DNA from: Vulcanimicrobiota bacterium
GTDB lineage: Bacteria; Vulcanimicrobiota; Vulcanimicrobiia; Eremiobacterales; Eremiobacteraceae
Direction: 5' to 3'
Assembly: GCA_963812135.1 (NCBI GenBank)
Contig: CAWETU010000005.1
Location: 192,001 to 256,000, forward strand
Length of the DNA stretch: 64,000 nt
Below, piece by piece: positions 1-9,681 of this stretch. The notes under the pieces were generated by a model, which was not told where the DNA came from, searched no databases, and saw only the letters and a list, made by a program, of their open reading frames with translations. Position numbers and translations under genes: made by a program. How positions within the stretch are numbered: position 1 is the stretch's first letter; each line of letters opens with the position of its first letter.

Positions 1-1
1 C

Positions 2-460
2 TGGCGGTCGTCGAAAGAGCAGCGTTTCGCGCCCGGCAGCATGTGGCTCATACCGATCATCTTCGCGGCCTACGTCGTCTGGTTGATCTTTGCGGAGGGC
101 TATACCGACCTGCTCGACATCGGGCTGATGGCTGTCGCTCTTGCGGTCGGCCTCGCCATCGGCATGTACCAGGGCACGCACACGACGATCCGCGTCGATC
201 ACACCGCCCACGCGATGTTCGTGAAGATCTCCCCGCTGGGCTCGATGATCTTCATCGGCGTCGTCGTGCTGCGCATCGCCGTCCGGTACTTCACCCTCGG
301 ACCGGCGATGGCAGCCGGCGCGAGCACGCCGGGAACTTTGACGGCGCACACCCCCGCGAATCTCATCAGCCTTCTGCTCCTCGTGCTCGCCCTGGGCGTG
401 ATCGCCGGACTGCGCGTGTATTTGCAGCGCTTTTACAACCGCGCGCGAGCGACGCTGTAG
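2..460 (+). CDS. CcdC/DUF1453-like membrane protein, 5'-truncated by the window edge
   Basis: Frame of ORF 41..460 stays open to position 2 (WRSSKEQRFAPGSMWLIP); four hydrophobic segments. Confidence 0.55.
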   Translation, partial: WRSSKEQRFAPGSMWLIPIIFAAYVVWLIFAEGYTDLLDIGLMAVALAVGLAIGMYQGTHTTIRVDHTAHAMFVKISPLGSMIFIGVVVLRIAVRYFTLGPAMAAGASTPGTLTAHTPANLISLLLLVLALGVIAGLRVYLQRFYNRARATL

Positions 461-469
461 CGGTCAGTC

Positions 470-2041
470 ATGGCGGCTCGCATTGCGACCTACTCCAAGG
501 CGACCCTGACGTGCGTCCTCTTGGGGACGATATTGGGTTCGAGCATGGTGTTCATCGACGGAACCGTCGTCAACATCGCGCTGCCCGTCATCCAATCCGA
601 CCTGCACGCCACGTCGATCGACATGCAGTGGGTGGTCAACGCGTACACGCTCTTCCTCGCCGCGCTGATGATCGTCGGCGGATCGCTTGGCGATTACTTC
701 GGACGCAAGCGCATGTTCGTCACGGGCACGGTGATCTTCGCACTCGCGTCGGTCTGGTGCGGGTTCGCACCCAACATCAATCAGCTCATCCTCGCGCGCG
801 GGGTGCAGGGCATCGGCAGCGCGCTGCTCACGCCCGGCAGCCTTGCGATCATCAGCGCGACGTTCGAGGGGCAAGAGCGCGGGCACGCGATCGGCACGTG
901 GTCCGGCTTCACGGCGATCACCGCCGCTATCGGCCCGGTGCTCGGCGGCGTCATCGCGCAGTACCTATCGTGGCGCTATATCTTCTTCATCAACATCCCG
1001 CTCGCGATCGCCGTCGTCGTGACGTCGCTCGGCATGCCCGAAACCCACGACGACGAGAAGGTCCATCACTTGGACTATGCGGGCGCGCTTCTGGCGACCA
1101 TCGGCCTCGGCGGATTGACGTACGGTCTGATCAACGCGGGCGCCGTCGGATTCGGCAATGCCTCGGTCATCGCGGCGCTCGCGGTCGGCATGCTCGCGCT
1201 GGCTGCGTTCATCGTCGTCGAAGGGCACGCGCGGGAGCCGATGATGCCGTTGACGCTCTTCTCGTCGCGGACGTTTAGCGGCGCGAACTTATTGACGTTT
1301 CTTCTATATGCCGCCTTGGGAGGCGTGCTGTTCTTCGTGCCGTTCGATCTCATCCAGGTCCAGCACTATACGCCGACCGCGGCCGGACTTTCGCTGTTGC
1401 CCTTCATCGCGTTCATGGTGCTGCTGTCGCGCTGGGCCGGCGGCCTCGTGGCGCAGTACGGATCGAAGCTGCCGTTGATCATCGGGCCGACAATCGCCGC
1501 GATCGGTTTCGCGCTGTTCGCCGTGCCCGGTGTCGGCGGCACGTACTGGACGACGTTCTTCCCGGCCGTCGTCGTCCTGGGCCTTGGCATGTCGATCACC
1601 GTCGCGCCGTTGACCACCACGGTGCTCGAGGCGGTCGACGAAGAGCACGTCGGACTCGCGTCGGCGATCAACAACGCCGTGTCGCGCGCGGGCGGATTGT
1701 TCTCGGTCGCGGCAATGAGCCTTGTGGTGCTTTTCGTGTTCAACATGCGCCTCGATGCGGCGATCGTCGCCATGCACGCGCCGCCGCCGCTCACCGCTCA
1801 CGTCACAGCGAAGATGGCGCCGGAACGCGCGAAGCTCGCCGCCGCGCAAGCCCCGCAAGACGTGCCCGCGCAGATCCGCGACGAGCTCAGCGCAGCGATA
1901 TTGACCTCGTACCAAGCGGGTTTTCGGGCGGCGATGATCGCCGGCGCGCTGTTGGCGCTGGCAAGCGCCATCGTCGCAGCGGTGTTCATCGAGGGCAAGC
2001 CACGGCAGAAAATTGGGGTTACCGGGACCAAGATAGCGTGA
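470..2041 (+). CDS. MFS transporter, DHA2 (14-TMS drug:H+ antiporter) family
   Basis: DGTVVNIALP, WVVNAY, GSLGDYFGRKR motif A, GPVLGG motif C. Confidence 0.92.
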   Translation: MAARIATYSKATLTCVLLGTILGSSMVFIDGTVVNIALPVIQSDLHATSIDMQWVVNAYTLFLAALMIVGGSLGDYFGRKRMFVTGTVIFALASVWCGFAPNINQLILARGVQGIGSALLTPGSLAIISATFEGQERGHAIGTWSGFTAITAAIGPVLGGVIAQYLSWRYIFFINIPLAIAVVVTSLGMPETHDDEKVHHLDYAGALLATIGLGGLTYGLINAGAVGFGNASVIAALAVGMLALAAFIVVEGHAREPMMPLTLFSSRTFSGANLLTFLLYAALGGVLFFVPFDLIQVQHYTPTAAGLSLLPFIAFMVLLSRWAGGLVAQYGSKLPLIIGPTIAAIGFALFAVPGVGGTYWTTFFPAVVVLGLGMSITVAPLTTTVLEAVDEEHVGLASAINNAVSRAGGLFSVAAMSLVVLFVFNMRLDAAIVAMHAPPPLTAHVTAKMAPERAKLAAAQAPQDVPAQIRDELSAAILTSYQAGFRAAMIAGALLALASAIVAAVFIEGKPRQKIGVTGTKIA

Positions 2042-2111
2042 TTTCGACCGAAAGCGGCCATTCCGCGTCTCGTTCCTCGGCCCAAGTGTGCCGCCTGACG
2101 CTGCTCAGGCC

Positions 2112-2141
2112 TTGATTCGCGGGGCCGCTAAATGCTAAGAT
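2112..2141 (+). promoter_or_regulatory. sigma70-type promoter for the zinc-ribbon gene
   Basis: TTGATT-18 nt-TAAGAT with extended -10 TG at 2133-2134. Confidence 0.6.
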
Positions 2142-2298
2142 GACAGAGGTTTTGGAAAGTCTAGGGTCACTGCCAGGGCGTCGAATCAGGAAGAATACTC
2201 CTCTTCGCGATCGTCAGGAAACCAGGACACCGAAACGTTCACTACTGACGTGTGTGTTGTCAGAGTCTGACAATGCACCAAGGGGAGTTTCAAACTTC

Positions 2299-2625
2299 GT
2301 GTATACCGACCAACTTATTACCTGCGTCGACTGCGGCAATCAATTCACGTTTACCGCGGGCGAACAAGAGTTCTACGAACAAAAAGGGTTCCAGAACAAG
2401 CCCAGCCGTTGCCCCGATTGCCGGCAGGCCCGCAAGGCCAGCCGCATGGGCGGCGGTGGCGGTGGCGGCGGCAGCAGCCGCGGCTACGGCGGCGGCGGCC
2501 AGCGCGAGATGTTCAAAGCAACATGCTCGAGCTGCGGCGGCGTCGCAGAGGTGCCCTTCCAACCGCGCGGCGACAAGCCCGTGTATTGCCGCGATTGCTT
2601 CCAAAAGCAACGCTCAGCATACTAA
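2299..2625 (+). CDS. Zinc-ribbon / CxxC-x17-CxxC domain protein with Gly-rich linker
   Basis: GTG start after AGGGGAG RBS; CVDC...FTAGEQEFY...PSRCPDC, then CSSC...VPFQPRGDKPVYCRDC. Confidence 0.9.
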   Translation: MYTDQLITCVDCGNQFTFTAGEQEFYEQKGFQNKPSRCPDCRQARKASRMGGGGGGGGSSRGYGGGGQREMFKATCSSCGGVAEVPFQPRGDKPVYCRDCFQKQRSAY

Positions 2626-2666
2626 GCGGTTAGCCGGTCGAAGAAATTCGACCGCGACATGACAAG

Positions 2667-2699
2667 GAGGCCCGGCATTGCGCTGGGCCTCTTTTCTTT
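2667..2699 (+). terminator. Rho-independent terminator
   Basis: GAGGCCCGGC-attgc-GCTGGGCCTC hairpin followed by TTTTCTTT. Confidence 0.8.
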
Positions 2700-2708
2700 G
2701 AGCAGCTG

Positions 2709-3152
2709 CTATGATTGGGTTTGCAGAGGCTGCCTTGCTCGATTCTGCAGCATCCGTAGGTACCCGCCGAGCAACGCCGCCGCAAGGCCGAGGACGAAGA
2801 GAATCATGTACTCGCCGAGAGACACTGAGGCCTTGCCGGCGACCACGGCCCAGATACCGGTCGCCACACAAAGCCACGAGGACAAAATTCCGTTGAGCAG
2901 TTCGTCGTGCTTAGCGATCCAGGCTGCGACGTAGCCGCCGATCACGGACCCGGCAAAGCCGATCGAACCTGATACGACATAGAGACCGAGATTCGAGTGG
3001 ATGGCTGCGACATAGGCCACCTGCATGTTCGCGGCGTGGACCAGGTCGTATCGAGTAAGCATATAGATCGCGAATGGCAACGACAAGATGTTCGTGGCGA
3101 CAATGTCGACGATGCCGCCCACGAAGACTCCGAGGAGCGAAACCTTCTTCAC
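2709..3152 (-). CDS. Hypothetical membrane protein (about 4 TM)
   Basis: Hydrophobic ORF; GTG start chosen to avoid overlap with the hemerythrin gene. Confidence 0.65.
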   Translation of the reverse strand: MKKVSLLGVFVGGIVDIVATNILSLPFAIYMLTRYDLVHAANMQVAYVAAIHSNLGLYVVSGSIGFAGSVIGGYVAAWIAKHDELLNGILSSWLCVATGIWAVVAGKASVSLGEYMILFVLGLAAALLGGYLRMLQNRARQPLQTQS

Positions 3153-3156
3153 GCGT

Positions 3157-3741
3157 CTATCTGCGAAGAGAGCTTTTCGAAATCCTTTGCGGCCTCTGAT
3201 TGGCATCGATCGCAACCGTGCCAGCAGGACGTGCGGCGTTCAAGGGCGCGAGAGCCGACTTTAGTCCCCCTGCGCCGAGCGCGCTAGCCTCCACGTATGC
3301 AAAGGCCCGCTCGAGCTCGGCCTCGTCTTCTGGTGTGAGCTCGTCTTCTGCGGCCTCAAAAATCATGCCATCCTCTTTGGCGATGTGCGCGCGGATGTAC
3401 GACACGTACCCGAGCACAGCGCGTTGGACCGCGCCATCCTGATGAGCGTCAAGCGCTTGTTCCAGGGCGCCGATCTGCGCCCGCCCGTCGACGTGCTCCT
3501 CTGCGAGAAGCGAAGCCATGCCCGCAAGCCGCGGACTGCGCCTCATCATATCGAACAGCGCCTGCTCTTCCTTGCCGTGGTGGTTGGCGTCCGCGTACAC
3601 GCGCACGAACTCAACCGCTGCCCTCAAGAACATGTCGCGCGACGGCCTCACTGTCCGGTCACCGATGACGTCTTCCATGCGCTGGACGACCTGCAAGATG
3701 ACTTGGTGCTCGTCGCGCAGCTGATCGAGCGCGCCGCTCAT
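3157..3741 (-). CDS. Hemerythrin domain protein
   Basis: EH...HHGKEE..LF...EH...HIAKEDGMIF iron-ligand pattern; ATG overlaps the upstream stop (ATGA). Confidence 0.88.
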   Translation of the reverse strand: MSGALDQLRDEHQVILQVVQRMEDVIGDRTVRPSRDMFLRAAVEFVRVYADANHHGKEEQALFDMMRRSPRLAGMASLLAEEHVDGRAQIGALEQALDAHQDGAVQRAVLGYVSYIRAHIAKEDGMIFEAAEDELTPEDEAELERAFAYVEASALGAGGLKSALAPLNAARPAGTVAIDANQRPQRISKSSLRR

Positions 3742-4529
3742 GCCGCAGCCTTCTCGAGCCGTCGCTTCGCCAGCAGCGCAGCGCCCAGCGCGTTGGCGAT
3801 CTCGGGTTCCTCGGGCACGTTCAATTCCTGACCAAGAGCCTCGACAAGCGCTTTGACCATGCCGCGCTGGCGTGCCATGCCACCGACGAGCGTGATCTCG
3901 GGCTCCACCCCGACACGCTTGAGCAATGCGACGGCGCGCTCGGCGAGCGAATTGTGGATTCCGCGCACGATGTCTTCGACCGAGCGACCCTGGCTCACGT
4001 GGTTGATGATCTCTGACTCGGCGAGCACTGCGCAGATGCTGGAGATAGTCACTGGGTCCTTCCCCCCAAGGCCCAGTTCGCCCGCATCTTCGAGATCGAT
4101 CTCGAGGTAGCGCGAGGCGCGCTCGACAAAACCGCCCGCACCCGCCGCGCATTTGTCGTTGGTCTTGAACTCTTTCACGCGACCGGCCGCGTCCACACGC
4201 ACGGCCCGCGAGCTCTGCGAACCGATGTCGATGACGCAGCGCGTGTTCGGGAACAGATGCGCTGCACCGAACGCGCCGGCGGTGATGTCGGTGACTTGCG
4301 TGTCGCGCTCCAGAAAGCTGGCCCGTCCGAACCCGGTTGTGATGACGTAATCGACATCAGCGCGTGACGCGCCCAGTCCATCTAGCGCCGCCTGGAGCGC
4401 GTTCTCAACCAGATCCTCGAAGGGCGGCCGAGTGCGCGCGATGTGCGAGCCGCGCAGCGTGCCGTCGCGTCCGATGAGCGCCACTTTCGTCGCGCGCGCT
4501 CCGATGTCGATGCCGGCGATGAAACCCAT
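3738..4529 (-). CDS. bcrD: Benzoyl-CoA reductase subunit D-like ASKHA ATPase (activase)
   Basis: GIDIG, NDKCAAGAG, SSICAVLAESEIIN; RBS AAGGAG; operon context. Confidence 0.8.
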   Translation of the reverse strand: MGFIAGIDIGARATKVALIGRDGTLRGSHIARTRPPFEDLVENALQAALDGLGASRADVDYVITTGFGRASFLERDTQVTDITAGAFGAAHLFPNTRCVIDIGSQSSRAVRVDAAGRVKEFKTNDKCAAGAGGFVERASRYLEIDLEDAGELGLGGKDPVTISSICAVLAESEIINHVSQGRSVEDIVRGIHNSLAERAVALLKRVGVEPEITLVGGMARQRGMVKALVEALGQELNVPEEPEIANALGAALLAKRRLEKAAA

Positions 4530-4543
4530 GATCGCTCCTTGTC

Positions 4544-5344
4544 CTATGCCGCGCCCGCGGCGGCTTTCGCGAGACCGTGTTCCATTGCGAACACTGCCGC
4601 GCCGATGGCCCCCATGTAGTGCGAGTCGGAGCACACGTTGAGACGCATGCCAAGCCGCTCTTCGAGCGCGCGCACCATGCCGACGTTCAGCGAGACGCCG
4701 CCGGTGAACGTGATCTCCGGCTCCAGCCCGACGCGCCGGACGAGTGCGATGGTGCGTGCCGCGATCGCCCCGTGGATGCCGCCGAGGATGTCGGGCACTT
4801 TCTTGCCTTGCGCGAGGTATGCCATGATGTCGGACTCAACGAACACCGTGCAGACTGTCGAGAGACGGACTGGATTACGCGCCTGGAGCGACAGTTCGCC
4901 GATCGAATCGAGCGGCTGGTTGAGCGCCTCGGCCGCCGTCGCCAGAAAACGCCCCGTGCCCGCCGCGCACTTGTCGTTCATGACGAAATCGAGCACCTCG
5001 CCGTCCAGCACCTTGATCCCCTTGGCGTCCTGCCCGCCCATGTCGATCACCGTCCGCGTTCCCGGGAAAACCGAACATGCGCCCTTCGCGTGACAGCTGA
5101 TCTCAGTGATCTGCAGATCGCCGAACATCACCTTGAAACGGCCGTACCCGGTGCCGACGACGCACAGGATGTCGCTGCGCGACATCCCGCCCGCCTCAAG
5201 CGCCTGTTCGAACGCGCGCTCCGCCGCCCGCGTCACGTTGGACCCGGTGTTGATGAGCGCGCGGGCCGCGATCGCGCGTCGCTCATCCACGATCACGCAC
5301 TTCGTCTGCGTGGATCCGACATCGACTCCGGCTGCGAATGCCAT
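4544..5344 (-). CDS. bcrA: Benzoyl-CoA reductase subunit A-like ASKHA ATPase (activase), short form
   Basis: [58 protein letters not shown]. Confidence 0.72.
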   Translation of the reverse strand: MAFAAGVDVGSTQTKCVIVDERRAIAARALINTGSNVTRAAERAFEQALEAGGMSRSDILCVVGTGYGRFKVMFGDLQITEISCHAKGACSVFPGTRTVIDMGGQDAKGIKVLDGEVLDFVMNDKCAAGTGRFLATAAEALNQPLDSIGELSLQARNPVRLSTVCTVFVESDIMAYLAQGKKVPDILGGIHGAIAARTIALVRRVGLEPEITFTGGVSLNVGMVRALEERLGMRLNVCSDSHYMGAIGAAVFAMEHGLAKAAAGAA

Positions 5345-5357
5345 GCTCGTCTCCTCC

Positions 5358-6638
5358 TTATGCCGGCGCATGCGTGAGCTTGCGATGGGCGAGCGATTCG
5401 AAGAACGCGTCGATGCGGTTGCGCATCTGCGCCTCCGAGAAATAGCGAGGATCCTCCAGATCCGACTCGACGAGCAGCGTCGACACGCCGCGCTTCGTGA
5501 AATATTCGCGCATGTCGCCCTGGCCCGCTGAGAACAGCCGGCAGCTCTTCACCGAGTGGATCACGAGCGCGTCCGCGTTCCACTCCTCGAGATAACGCTC
5601 GATCTGATCGTAGCGCTGCAAGAAATTGCGGTTGGTGAGGTTCCATTGCAGCAGGTGCTCGGCTATGCTTTCCAGCGGCCGGTCAGGGTCGTGAACGAAG
5701 CCGAATTCCCACAGTCCGCCGACGGTGGAATATGTGGAGGCCACCGCGACGGCGTTCCAGCGCGCGAACATGTCGCGAAACTGTCGCAAATATGGCCACG
5801 GCGGCGGCCCTTCGATGACGAAGCGGACGTCCTCGCGCGGCAGCGGGCCCTGCCCCGCGTCGGCTTTGGCGGCGTATTCTTCATAGGCGGTTTTGAAGAA
5901 CTCGACGCCCGGCTGCGTGCCGCGCAGGCAGTAGAGCGGCGCCATCATCGTCACGGAATCGAAGTAAGCGTCATAGGGCGAGGGCGCGCGTTTTGTGAGA
6001 TGCTTGATCTTCGACCACAGCTCGCCGGTCTGCGAGGATAGGGAAACCGCTTGGCGCAGTTTGTCCTCGTCGAGGCGGCGGCCGGTGATGCCTTCGCAGA
6101 CCTCGATGAGCTGGCGAAGTTGGCGCATGACGTACTCGATGTCGTCGAGCGTCGGACTGCCGGATCGCGTGCGGATGAACGGGATATCGAGGTGGAACGC
6201 AGGCCGCTTCGTGTATTGCGCGAGATGGTCGAACCAATGCAGGTAGACGTTGCATCCGACGTAGTTGCAGAGGAGGAGATCCGGTTCGGGGATCGTCGCG
6301 AACGGCGTCTTGCGCCCTGAGAAATACAGGCCGATATCGGCTTTGACGTACGCGCAGTTGTCGGTCGAGTAGCCCATGCCTTCGGCCGCCTGGATGTGCC
6401 CCAACGATTGCTTCTTGACCGCGAGCTGCAGCGCGTTCACCTCTGGATAGACCGGTAGGATGTCGAACGCGCGCAGCAGCTCGACCGGGTTGCCGCCGAT
6501 CAGCAGGTAGGCGGCCTTTGCGCCGTGGCCTTCCGACGATGCGGTGAGCTCGCGATAGTACTCCGCCATCAGCTCCTTTTGGAGATGGTGCAGGCGGCCT
6601 TGATAATCAGCGGTTTGCACGGCGGCTGACTCCTTCAT
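5358..6638 (-). CDS. bcrB: Benzoyl-CoA reductase subunit B (2-hydroxyacyl-CoA dehydratase family)
   Basis: [61 protein letters not shown] resemble Thauera BcrB / R. palustris BadE. Confidence 0.85.
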   Translation of the reverse strand: MKESAAVQTADYQGRLHHLQKELMAEYYRELTASSEGHGAKAAYLLIGGNPVELLRAFDILPVYPEVNALQLAVKKQSLGHIQAAEGMGYSTDNCAYVKADIGLYFSGRKTPFATIPEPDLLLCNYVGCNVYLHWFDHLAQYTKRPAFHLDIPFIRTRSGSPTLDDIEYVMRQLRQLIEVCEGITGRRLDEDKLRQAVSLSSQTGELWSKIKHLTKRAPSPYDAYFDSVTMMAPLYCLRGTQPGVEFFKTAYEEYAAKADAGQGPLPREDVRFVIEGPPPWPYLRQFRDMFARWNAVAVASTYSTVGGLWEFGFVHDPDRPLESIAEHLLQWNLTNRNFLQRYDQIERYLEEWNADALVIHSVKSCRLFSAGQGDMREYFTKRGVSTLLVESDLEDPRYFSEAQMRNRIDAFFESLAHRKLTHAPA

Positions 6639-7810
6639 GCGAACAGCAGCGATTCCACGAACGTCTCTATTTCGGTCTTGATCTTGTCGAACAGCCACAT
6701 CTTCTCTTCGAACTCGAGGAAGACGTGCGGCACGTGCGCTTCTTGGAGCGCCTTGCGATACAGCACATAGTCGAACAGCGCAGGCTCGCAGAACTTGGCG
6801 GTGAGGACGACGACCGCGTCGGCGCGCTGCGCACGCGCGCGTTCGACCAGCCGCTCGGCCTTCGAATGACCAAGATCGTGCTTGAAGCTCGCGTCGACGC
6901 TGCGCCGCACATAGGCATCGGCCAACCGGGCGAGCGGCCGATCCGCGCCTGCGCCGATGTCTTCCGAAAAGAAACGCCGGCCAAGCAAGAAGTCGTCGTC
7001 AACGATGTAGCAACCAGCGCTCTCGATGGAGGCGATGAGATCGAGCGGCGGCTGCTCGCAGAACGATCCGATCAAAACGATACGGGCACGGTCCTTCGGC
7101 TTGCCGTCACGCTGCGCGAGCTGCTCGAGTGCGGTATCGAGCGTGCGTAAGTGCACGTCCGGCGGGACCACGTGCCCGTAGCGGACGAGCGCGTAGAGCT
7201 CACGCGTGGCGAGCAAGTGCGGCCGCTCACTGCGAAACACGTACAGCGCACGGATCCGCGCGCGGATGGCGTCATACAGCGCGATGCTCGATCGCAAAGC
7301 GTCATCGGACGGAGGCCTGCCGGTGAGCTCGCCCGCCCAGAGCGCGACCCGGGCATACTCTGCGGCGAGATAGTCGACCGCATCCGGAGCGTCGATGCGC
7401 TGCGGGAAGTGGATATAATCGACTTTGGTGTTCGGGAAGTTTCGGGCGTACACGCTGGCGAGGTTCCGGGCAGGGTCGCAGATCGAGTGGAAGACCAGCC
7501 CGTCGAAGTCATCAAGCCGGCCGGTCATGCCCAGTTCGAGCGTGCTCTTGACGATCGAGCAGATGAACGATTGAAAGCGCGCGTCGGCGTGCGCGATCTC
7601 TAACCGGTTGCCGCCGCCGGCCAATCCTACCGGCAGGGCCCCGGCCGCATGGAAGATCTCCACCGGCGAATAGACGGGGAAACAGCCCACGAGCGCCCGG
7701 CCGGGAACTTCGTGTTTCCACGCCTTCGCTTCGGCAAAGTCGAGCGATTCGATCGACTCGACACAGCGCTCGACGGTCTGGTCGAAGGCGGACTCGAGCT
7801 GTACGGCCAT
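6635..7810 (-). CDS. bcrC: Benzoyl-CoA reductase subunit C
   Basis: LDFAEAKAWK, PVYSPVEIFHAAG, QSFIC, SICDPARNL, GSFCEQPP, FCEPAL resemble BcrC/BadD. Confidence 0.85.
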   Translation of the reverse strand: MAVQLESAFDQTVERCVESIESLDFAEAKAWKHEVPGRALVGCFPVYSPVEIFHAAGALPVGLAGGGNRLEIAHADARFQSFICSIVKSTLELGMTGRLDDFDGLVFHSICDPARNLASVYARNFPNTKVDYIHFPQRIDAPDAVDYLAAEYARVALWAGELTGRPPSDDALRSSIALYDAIRARIRALYVFRSERPHLLATRELYALVRYGHVVPPDVHLRTLDTALEQLAQRDGKPKDRARIVLIGSFCEQPPLDLIASIESAGCYIVDDDFLLGRRFFSEDIGAGADRPLARLADAYVRRSVDASFKHDLGHSKAERLVERARAQRADAVVVLTAKFCEPALFDYVLYRKALQEAHVPHVFLEFEEKMWLFDKIKTEIETFVESLLFA

Positions 7811-7822
7811 GTCTCGCGCCTC

Positions 7823-8851
7823 CTACTGCGTCGGGATGATGATATTGCGCAAGCCGCGGCCGCTTCTCAGCTCGTCGAGGCCGGCATTGATCTCGTCTAA
7901 CGTGAAACGGCCGGTGACCAACGCTTCGACCGCGATGACTCCGCGGCGAGCCAGATCGATGATCCGCGGATAGTCGACCGGCCTGCAGCCGAGCGAGCCG
8001 CGCACGTCCATCTCGTTGAACATGAGCTTGGCCGCGGCGAGGGTCAGCTCGCGCTCGGAATAGCCGATGACGACAAGCCGGCCGCCCCGTCGCAAGCTGT
8101 CGAAAGCCGTGCGCATGACCTCAGGGTTTCCGATCGCTTCAAAAGCCACGTCGGCGCCGCCGCCGGTCTCGCGCTTCACGGCTTTGGCGATGGACTCGGT
8201 CTTCGAGGCGTCGATGACCGCAGCCGCGCCGAAACGCATGGCTCGCTCGAGCCGCTCCGCTTGCACGTCGACGGCCCAGACCCGCGCGCCGACGGCGGCC
8301 GCGATCTGCACGACGTTCACGCCGACACCACCGCAGCCGAAGACGACGACGCGCTGCCCGGCTTGCACCTCGCCGCGGTTGACGACCGCATGATATGGCG
8401 TTGATACCGCATCGGCGATGAGGCACGCCTCTTCGAGCGGCAGGTCGGTGGGCAGCGGCAGCGGGTCTTTGGCGGGCACGCGGACGTACTCGGCATATGC
8501 ACCGTCGATATGGTTGCCCGGCATGATGCCGCGCTCGCAGATGTTCTCGCGGCCGCGCCGGCACGCGTCGCATGCGCCGCATGTGAGGAGCGCCGGGATG
8601 AGGACGCGATCGCCCTCGTGCCAGTGCTCGACGCCTTCGCCCACCTGCGCCACGATACCCGATGCTTCGTGCCCCAGCACGAGCGGCGGCTTCTGGAACG
8701 TCGGCACGTCGTGATCGATGTAGTGCAGGTCGGTGTGGCATAGCCCGCATGCGGCGACCTTCACGGTGATCTCGCCGCGGCGTGGCGCCGGCACCGGCCG
8801 CTCCTCTAGCGCGAGCGGTTGGTGCGCGCCGTAGAAGACCGCCGCTCTCAT
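7823..8851 (-). CDS. had: Zn-dependent dehydrogenase, probable 6-hydroxycyclohex-1-ene-1-carbonyl-CoA dehydrogenase
   Basis: CHTDLHY, GHEASG, CxxCxxCx7C, ADAVSTPY, GCGGVG; position in the bcr operon. Confidence 0.78.
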   Translation of the reverse strand: MRAAVFYGAHQPLALEERPVPAPRRGEITVKVAACGLCHTDLHYIDHDVPTFQKPPLVLGHEASGIVAQVGEGVEHWHEGDRVLIPALLTCGACDACRRGRENICERGIMPGNHIDGAYAEYVRVPAKDPLPLPTDLPLEEACLIADAVSTPYHAVVNRGEVQAGQRVVVFGCGGVGVNVVQIAAAVGARVWAVDVQAERLERAMRFGAAAVIDASKTESIAKAVKRETGGGADVAFEAIGNPEVMRTAFDSLRRGGRLVVIGYSERELTLAAAKLMFNEMDVRGSLGCRPVDYPRIIDLARRGVIAVEALVTGRFTLDEINAGLDELRSGRGLRNIIIPTQ

Positions 8852-9681
8852 CGGGCTCTTTCGCGGCGTATCGCCGCGTAGTCAGGCGCGCGCTTTTCGA
8901 CGAACGCCTTCATGCCCTCAGCTGTTTCGCTATGACCGAAATGGAGCGCCAGCCATTCGCGCGCGTGACCGATGGTCGCGTACCAGGCCTGGTCTTTCCA
9001 ATAGTTCACCTGCGTCTGCGTGTAGCTCAAGCAGCCAGGGAATTTGGCGAGCAGCTCGTCGCAGAAATCGCGGACCTCAGCGTCGAGCCGGTCGAACGGG
9101 ACCACGCGATTGACCAGTCCCCACTCGAGGGCTTGCTGCGCGGTGATCGGCCGGCACAGGTACAGCATTTCACGCGCGCGACGGTCGCCGATTATGATCG
9201 GCAGCCACTGCGTGGCCCCGCCCGCCGCAACGCTGCCGACGCGCGCGCCGACTTGCCGGAGCGTGACGTGATCCGCAGCGATCGCCAGGTCGCACGCCAT
9301 GTTCATCTCGTTGCCGCCGCCGACCGCCATGCCGTTGAGGCGCGCGATCGTCGGTTTGCCCATGCCGCGCAGCGTATCGATGCAGTCCTGGAACAGCACC
9401 ATGTATTTCCAGAAGTCCTCGGGCTTGCGCAGGTAGCGCTGTTCGTATTCTTTGACGTCGCCGCCGGTGCAGAACGCGGTGCGACCCGCGCCCGTGAGCA
9501 CGACGACGCCGACCTCGTCATCCCACATCGCGGTGCGCAGCGCCTCATACAGATGACGCAACGTTTCGGTCGTGTACGCGTTGTACGACTCCGGGCGGTT
9601 GAACGTGATCGTCGCGACGCGGTCCGCAACCGCGTAAAGGACGTCGGCGGTCTCGGCCGACGGTTGCGTGAGCAGCTTCAT
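8848..9681 (-). CDS. oah: Crotonase-family ring-opening hydrolase, Oah/BamA-like (short form)
   Basis: AFCTGGDVKEY..RY...P..F.KYM.LF, GGGNEMNMACD, GSVAAGGATQWLP resemble 6-oxocyclohex-1-ene-1-carbonyl-CoA hydrolase. Confidence 0.72.
   Translation of the reverse strand: MKLLTQPSAETADVLYAVADRVATITFNRPESYNAYTTETLRHLYEALRTAMWDDEVGVVVLTGAGRTAFCTGGDVKEYEQRYLRKPEDFWKYMVLFQDCIDTLRGMGKPTIARLNGMAVGGGNEMNMACDLAIAADHVTLRQVGARVGSVAAGGATQWLPIIIGDRRAREMLYLCRPITAQQALEWGLVNRVVPFDRLDAEVRDFCDELLAKFPGCLSYTQTQVNYWKDQAWYATIGHAREWLALHFGHSETAEGMKAFVEKRAPDYAAIRRERAR

Noticed and set aside
43..1278. Long alternative-frame and antisense ORFs (43..1278, 20371..21795, 24257..25393, 61975..63039 and many others)
   Set aside because: Arg/Ala-rich shadows of real genes expected in high-GC DNA; no domain motifs
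2140..2298. 53-aa N-terminal extension of the zinc-ribbon protein
   Set aside because: The ATG overlaps the -10 box; the RBS and domain start point to the GTG at 2299
2448..2500. GGC tandem repeats
   Set aside because: Encode the Gly-rich linker; not a CRISPR array or contingency locus
3738..7810. Reading the four genes as a 2-hydroxyacyl-CoA dehydratase plus activator
   Set aside because: Two different activase subunits, BcrB/BcrC-like motifs and adjacent dch/had/oah favour a ring reductase; not formally excluded without a phylogeny
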